A DNA stretch of 64,000 bases, taken from contig OZ024740.1 of the NCBI GenBank assembly GCA_964016885.1, positions 270,816,001-270,880,000 on the forward strand. The letters run 5' to 3'. The first letter of the stretch is position 1. Every line of letters begins with the position of its first letter. This DNA is from Eledone cirrhosa (lineage: Eukaryota). The position numbers and the translations under genes were made by a program. The notes below the pieces were generated by a model. That model saw only the letters and a program-made list of their open reading frames with translations, was not told the origin of the DNA and ran no database searches. Shown piece by piece: positions 58,036 to 64,000 of the stretch.

Positions 58036-58689
58036 CCTTACCACCAGGCCACCTTTCCATAGTATTGTGCGCCTGATACAATTCGTATTCAAGTTAAACC
58101 TGTACAGATTGAGACTGAATGATGCGACAGGGACACAATTTTGAGGAGGAAATATTAACCGAGGGCATTTTGTATACAGAATGGGATGTTAGTCAGCATG
58201 AGGGTTGAGTGATGAGTTTCATAGTAGAATAATTCTAGAAGGTAGAATACGTTGCAGTAGCCGCGGGAAAGGCTGTAGGTTGATACAAAGTATTAGTGGG
58301 CCGGTAGTTGCAATATTTTAACAAAGTAACGTTTACATATTAACTTATATTATATGTAGTGCAGAACATGCATACGTGTGTATATGTGAGTCTGTTTCTA
58401 ATGTAGTGTATACTTGTGCAGGAATCCCTAATGTAAGCAAAATTTTGTAAATTTTAAATATTTGAGACTTATTATCATTAATTAATTTTTGGTGTCGAAC
58501 GCCATGGTGTATGAAATACACTCCTAAGAAACTGAGACCAAAGTAGGGTTTTAATCCCAGTTTAGAGCAACTTTATTTCACTTACGTCACTAATGCCCTT
58601 AGGAAATCCATGAGCACAACACTTCTTATATTTCTTGAAATATATGTCGTTTGTTCTTACTCAAAATGTATTAATATCGACAGTCGATC

Positions 58690-58895
58690 GACTTTCGTCA
58701 AATCGGACCGAGGAAACGCTGTTTCCATTGGTCTTCCCAATTGCTAATACTATCTATCGATCGCAACTCCAGGTAGAAGGAGCAACGTGAAATAAAGTGT
58801 CTTGCTCAAGGACATAACGCATCGCCCGGTCCAGGAAGCGAACTCACAACCTCACGATTGCATATCCAATTCTCTAACCACTCAGCCACGCGCCT
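58690..58895 (-). mobile_element. tRNA-derived SINE; 3' part repeated at about 54600-54705
   Basis: The reverse strand begins GGCGCGTGGCTGAGTGGTTAGAG..GAGTTCGCTTCC, followed by GTCCTTGAGCAAGACACTT. Confidence 0.72.
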
Positions 58896-59275
58896 CACTT
58901 TTTATATTAATATCATATATTCAAATTGAAAGCGATGAATTACGTAGGTTAGTCGTATATGTTAGAAGGCGACACAGTATTCAGTATGTATGGCGAATTT
59001 GTTGTTGGTAAGATAATGTTAAATCTAGTTAATTAAGTGGACATTGGTTTTTATTGTAAAAGTAAGGTTGAAGATTTATATATAACGTAACGGTTTTTTG
59101 TTCCTCGTCTACATAATATTTAAAATATTTTATGAATGTACATTTATTGCCCGGTTAAAAAAAAATTGTAAGTCTAAATATAAATAAATATATTTTAAAA
59201 AAAGGAAGTATTTAATAGGAATTCATGTGAATGTGTATGAGTCAGGAAATTTGAAAACGAATTTGTTGAACTCAC

Positions 59276-59305
59276 CTGGTGCAGTTTCGTTCGTGTGAGG
59301 AGCAA
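59276..59305 (-). CDS. 30-nt linker micro-exon
   Basis: Polypyrimidine-ctag acceptor and G|gtgagt donor, phase 1-1. Encodes (V)APHTNETAP. Confidence 0.7.
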
Positions 59306-60028
59306 CTAGAAAAAATAAATATAGTTTACATAAATATATCATAATTATATTGAAAAGAAAATATTATGGTAGGACAAAATCAGATATATGACAGCCTTAT
59401 GCAACAATTCGATGATACACTTCCCCTACGAGGTTTTATGCATTTTAGCTTCATGCATGCCAGGGTTTATGGCGTTGAACTCTTCAAGTACAGTAATGTC
59501 TTTGTGCTACTGTGATATGGGGCCCTCGTTTTGGTGAAGGCAATATACATAAAAGAAATTCATGATAAACTTGTGAAACGTTTTGTAAATTGAAAGAAAT
59601 GTATGACGGACCTGTCATCAAATAACTGAAGTGTAATATACGCAAGCGGAATTTTAATCCACACATGTTATATTTTCTTTTAGTCATTGTCAATACGCGG
59701 ATTTCAGTAACTGAATTTCAATAAATAGTAGTCAATGAGAGGTTATCGATAAGAGGATATCAGTAAAAGACAGTCAATAAATAATTGCCTATACGAAACG
59801 TTTCAGTATTGATTGTCAATATTTAATAGTCAATATGCAGCTGAAAATATAATATTGTCTATATATTATTTATTAATTGTCAATAAGATGTACATAATGG
59901 ATGTCAATAAATAACTATAAATAAACAACAAACCCTCTTCCGTAGGCCCAAAAGAAAAATCCTACCAGAAGAACGGGTTCTGTCTCGACAATAGCTTAAA
60001 GAAAGATCGTACATGTGTGAGTGTGAGA

Positions 60029-60108
<80 letters not shown>

Positions 60109-60454
60109 ATTAGTGTTACTAAGATTCAAATTGATACTTCATCATGCAAGTAGTTAAAGAGATAACAGTTCGTGAACGCCTCATCAACACCTCCCTCTGT
60201 GAATGAGAGAGATACTGCACTCTCAAATGGCTGAGTTGGCTACTTGTAAATAGGTTCAGTATTGTACGAAGACCTCTTTGTATTAAGCAATGGCAGAACT
60301 GTAAAATCATATATTGAAACCTTCCTTCTGCAGTAGTTTCTATATGGCCGAAGATGAACAACACCTGACTGATTTACACCATTAAATAAATCATTAATAT
60401 ATTACATGTCACTCACATAAATACAGACAAACATACACGCACACACACACAAAA

Positions 60455-60558
<104 letters not shown>

Positions 60559-60590
60559 GTACATATAATAATGATCATAAGTTATATTAC

Positions 60591-61016
60591 CGTTACAAGA
60601 AGACTTAGATAATCTTGCAGCAATGGACTGTAGGACAGCAAAGTCTTCAACTTTGAAATCAAAATCCTTCTTTGGTGTGCTGGCAATGTTCGAGAGTAGT
60701 TTTGTATTACTGGTAGGTCCAACTCCAATGGTAAATAACAAAATACCGCTTTGCTTTACCTTAAGTGCTTCTTTTTCTACGTTGATTGGACCATTCGGCT
60801 GACCATCCGTAATTAAGATTGCAATGCGTGTAACATTTGGGCGAAGTCCATGTCTAGAAGTCATACTTTCTGACCACAGTCTTCCCATCTCCTCACCAGT
60901 GTGAGTGCTACCGCCATGATAATAGATTTTATTTATTGCAGTCAATAGAGATGATGTATCATTATAACTATCCAAATCAATTTCGGTCCGACTGACACTA
61001 TCGAAAGTATCAACAC
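60591..61016 (-). CDS. Exon: C-terminal part of VWA domain 1
   Basis: AG/GT-bounded, 426 nt, phase 1-1, in frame with the previous exon. Translates GVDTFDSVSRTEIDLDSY...GGSTHTGE...ILITDGQPN...FTIGVG...SKSSCN, with the MIDAS T and D present (ORF 60409..60975). Confidence 0.92.
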
Positions 61017-61739
61017 CTGTAAAAGCGGGGAATACAACGAAGCATGAACATTTTATTATATTGCGTATTATCGTACTTATGAAGTTATATTCAAATATTC
61101 TGTGATATAGTTTAAGTTCAGAAACATAATTTGAGTTCGAATTTCATTTATTTCTAGCTTTATAGAATATTATTAACATTTGAATTAATGGTGGATGGAA
61201 CTAAAGATACGCTACGATCCATGAGGATAAGATTAGGAAGGAAGAGTAGGCGCTATAACCCAGAGAAACTGAAAAAGGGGACACACAATTCAATTCAGTG
61301 TACTTTTAGTTATTTCCATCTGCGTTAGAATGTGTTAGGTTTTCATTGGAATTTCATTTAGAACATATAGCGAACCAATTGCCTCTCCAATCGACAGTTG
61401 TTCTTTTCCGAACATAACGCATTCTCAGATATTGTTGCCCCATCAAACCTTTCACCTTTTAATATCTAATAATTATTTTATATCAACATGTAAGTGGAAT
61501 TTCTCTTTAGCTTCCTAATTACAAGTAAATCAATAATATAATTGATTCACAAATTGACTTCTTGAATATTTTACGGTTTTAGAATTGAAAACTAATTAAA
61601 TCTATGATTATCAAATGGTTATGCTGAATTCATTTTCATATTGATATTTAAATATTCATTGATTCACGCCATTGTGATTATGGTTCAAAATTTGAATTTC
61701 GGAAGATGAAAAAGAAAAATTAACACTAATAATTCTTAC

Positions 61740-61877
61740 CAATCTGCACTTGATCTGGACCTATATGAAAGTGACTGCTGATGGTGGTCACAAAATTCAG
61801 TACTTTCTGGAAATTATGTTTACCAATGCTTCCAGAAGAATCCAATACGAATATAATATCAGCTCGCGCCGGACATT
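61740..61877 (-). CDS. Exon of VWA/ShKT/VWC-like mosaic extracellular protein: N-terminal part of VWA domain 1
   Basis: AG/GT-bounded, 138 nt, phase 1-1. Translates CPARADIIFVLDSSGSIGKHNFQKVLNFVTTISSHFHIGPDQVQI with the MIDAS DxSxS motif. Upstream exons (signal peptide) were not found in the window. Confidence 0.9.
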
Positions 61878-62142
61878 CTATGCAAGAAAAAATAAATTGA
61901 TATTATTTCATTAACGCAGTAAATAAGGTGATATAGAGAATTAATTGTTTCTACTTTGGGCACAAGGCCAGCAATTATCCCAGTGCATTACTGGTACTTT
62001 ATTTTATCGACCCCGTATGGATGAAAAGCAAAGTTAAGCTCGGCGGGATTTGATCTCAGACCGTAAAGGGCCATACTTCTATTCTTTGATAGACAATTAA
62101 TGGTTGATTTACAGTTGATGTAATCTTATTCCAATATGGTAT

Positions 62143-62343
62143 ATTAGGGTGGCTGAAAGGTTCATAGGGTGACTATGAAGGAGTGATGCTAGAGCTGTGA
62201 AATCTTGTATGCATTAATTTCAACTCTTTTTATTAATAACTGCATTGTTTCTTTCCAGGGATTAAGTTGAAGAATAAACCTCATTTGGCTATTCCATGAG
62301 ACTATCTTGGTCCGCCCTATGAACTTTTCAGCCAACCCTCATA
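62143..62343. mobile_element. Mariner-type MITE
   Basis: AGGGTGGCTGAAAGGTTCATAGGG and CCCTATGAACTTTTCAGCCAACCCT are terminal inverted repeats. Confidence 0.75.
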
Positions 62344-62586
62344 GATGAATGCCTCTGGGTAACATTTTTTTCACTGATAAAGCACCGTTCATGGCCTCAG
62401 CCTGTCGACTGGAATAGGTAATAGATTAAGATTTAATTCTATGAATATTCTTAAATCGATCGGCAACAGTCACAACAGTTAAATATCCCATACCCGGTGT
62501 AATTCAGTTGGCAGAGAACTACTATTCACGAGATCTGTCCAAGATTCCACGACACGTTCACAAAACATCTATCAGCTTAGAGGCTA

Positions 62587-62833
62587 ATAATTGTTTCTAC
62601 TTTTGGTACAAGGCCAGCAATTACCCAATACATTAGAGGCTAATAATTGTTTCTACTTTTGGCACAAGGCCAGCAATTACTCAGTGCATTACTGGTACTT
62701 TATTTTATCGACCCCGTAAGGATGAAAGGCAAAGTTAACCTCGGCGGGATTTGAACTCAGATCATATAGGGAGGTAACTCTATGCTTCAAAGCATGGCGT
62801 CCGACCCTCTACTGATACTGCCAATCCACCGCC
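62587..62833 (-). mobile_element. Major SINE with duplicated tail; TTAGAGGCTAATAAT occurs three times
   Basis: Same core. A neighbouring partial copy lies at 61943-62072. Confidence 0.85.
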
Positions 62834-63613
62834 TGTGGATACATTAGAGGCTAATAATGTTGGCGTGTGTGTACTTGAGCGTGCGTATATGAATGTAAGA
62901 GAGGAAGATATGTAGGAGAGAAAGCTTTCGTGTGTTTGTATGTCGTATTTTTAAGGAAAAATATCACATGATTCACATGACAGGTGCAATGTCTCCGAAC
63001 ACGGAAGAGCCGAACTCCCACTGTCATCACCTCCATCTCTCTCGCCCTCCCCATCTCCCTGTATTATGAGCAAATGGGGTCCCACGTGCTGGCCGTCCCA
63101 CAGCCCCGGAGCACAGGATGGAGAAGGCGATTCCCCGGCGGATGGTAAGGAAGACGCACTAGATAAGCCATTCCATCTGGCGAGTATCACACCTGCGGCT
63201 AGCTAGCTCAGCACCTATACAGAAACTAGGATATTTTGCCACAGTACATTAATTTTCACTAATATAAGATTGTGTAAAGTAATTTGATAACTTCAATTTT
63301 ATTAAAATTGTTTCATATAATGATATTTGATAAAATTTCTTTTATCAAATCAAATCTTGTAGCGATTTCCATCATTTATCATTTCGATATTTCTAACATT
63401 ATTATCAAAACTACATACAATTGTTACCTACATCCACAAAATATCGTTACTGGGATCATGGGAAATTTAATAGAAATAAATACACATTTTTCTGCATTAT
63501 TGTCTACTTCACCTCGAAAGAAACATGTATATAAAATACAAACCAGCTAACCTCTAAAAACACAAATGGGGAGTACCATGAAAAAAGGGGCCCAAAATGG
63601 GGAGAGTTTATAT

Positions 63614-63832
63614 AATGGCTTCTTATATAGGTACAAGGCCAGAAATTTGGGGGGAGGGGAAAGTCGATTGAATCGATCCCAGTGAGTAACTGGTACTTTA
63701 TTTTATCGACCCAGTAAGGATGAAAGGCAAAGTTAACCTCGGCTGGATTTGAACTCAGATCATAAAGGGTCGTAACTCTATGCTGCAAAGCATGGCGTCC
63801 GATCCTCTACCGATACTGCCAATCCACCGCCC
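63614..63832 (-). mobile_element. tRNA-derived SINE (major family), full-length copy with target-site duplication
   Basis: Head GGCGGTGGATTGGCAGTATCGGTAGAG, B-box GAGTTCAAATCC and core GCCTTTCATCCTTAC.GGGTCGATAAAATAAAGTACCAG. GGGAGAGTTTATATAATG is duplicated on both sides. Confidence 0.9.
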
Positions 63833-64000
63833 TCAGGGAGAGTTTATATAATGAAAGCTATACCCATTTTCACAATAATAGGGAGACGGGGAGAAATGAA
63901 CAAAAAAGGGGAGATCTCCCGGTCGATCGGGGAGAGTTGATGTCTGAAAATATGTTTGCCTTAGATCATTTATTTAATTTATTATTTAAATGTTTGTTAT

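Noticed and set aside
63614-63832. SINE heads as tRNA genes
   Set aside because: Only A/B-box-like motifs followed by SINE core and tail, with no complete cloverleaf.

Overview
AT-rich, microsatellite-laden eukaryotic DNA. The SINE family and repeat landscape suggest an octopod cephalopod (inference). The window holds one multi-exon minus-strand gene with 12 exons traced by hand from 61877 to 21425. It encodes a probably secreted mosaic protein, VWA-VWA-ShKT-ShKT-VWC-like-VWC-like, with micro-exon linkers, and its 5' end lies outside the window. The rest is transposon-derived: about 20 tRNA-derived SINE copies, R4/Dong-like and RTE-like LINE fragments, MITEs, a Helentron/HINE-like element, and two Penelope-like element (PLE) insertions whose pseudo-LTRs carry type I hammerhead ribozymes. 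The most striking feature is a 5.8-kb, almost perfectly homogeneous array of 466-bp non-coding units (8779-14592). Each unit carries a hammerhead ribozyme fold and an octamer motif, and the array flips orientation once and sits inside (TA)n. A diverged 468-bp sister family (4940-5733) keeps the ribozyme core with fully compensatory stems, the octamer, a terminal hairpin, the inversion and the same end points. Together they look like a cephalopod retrozyme/circular-RNA system mobilised by PLE reverse transcriptase. All calls were made by eye with no database searches, and repeat boundaries are approximate.
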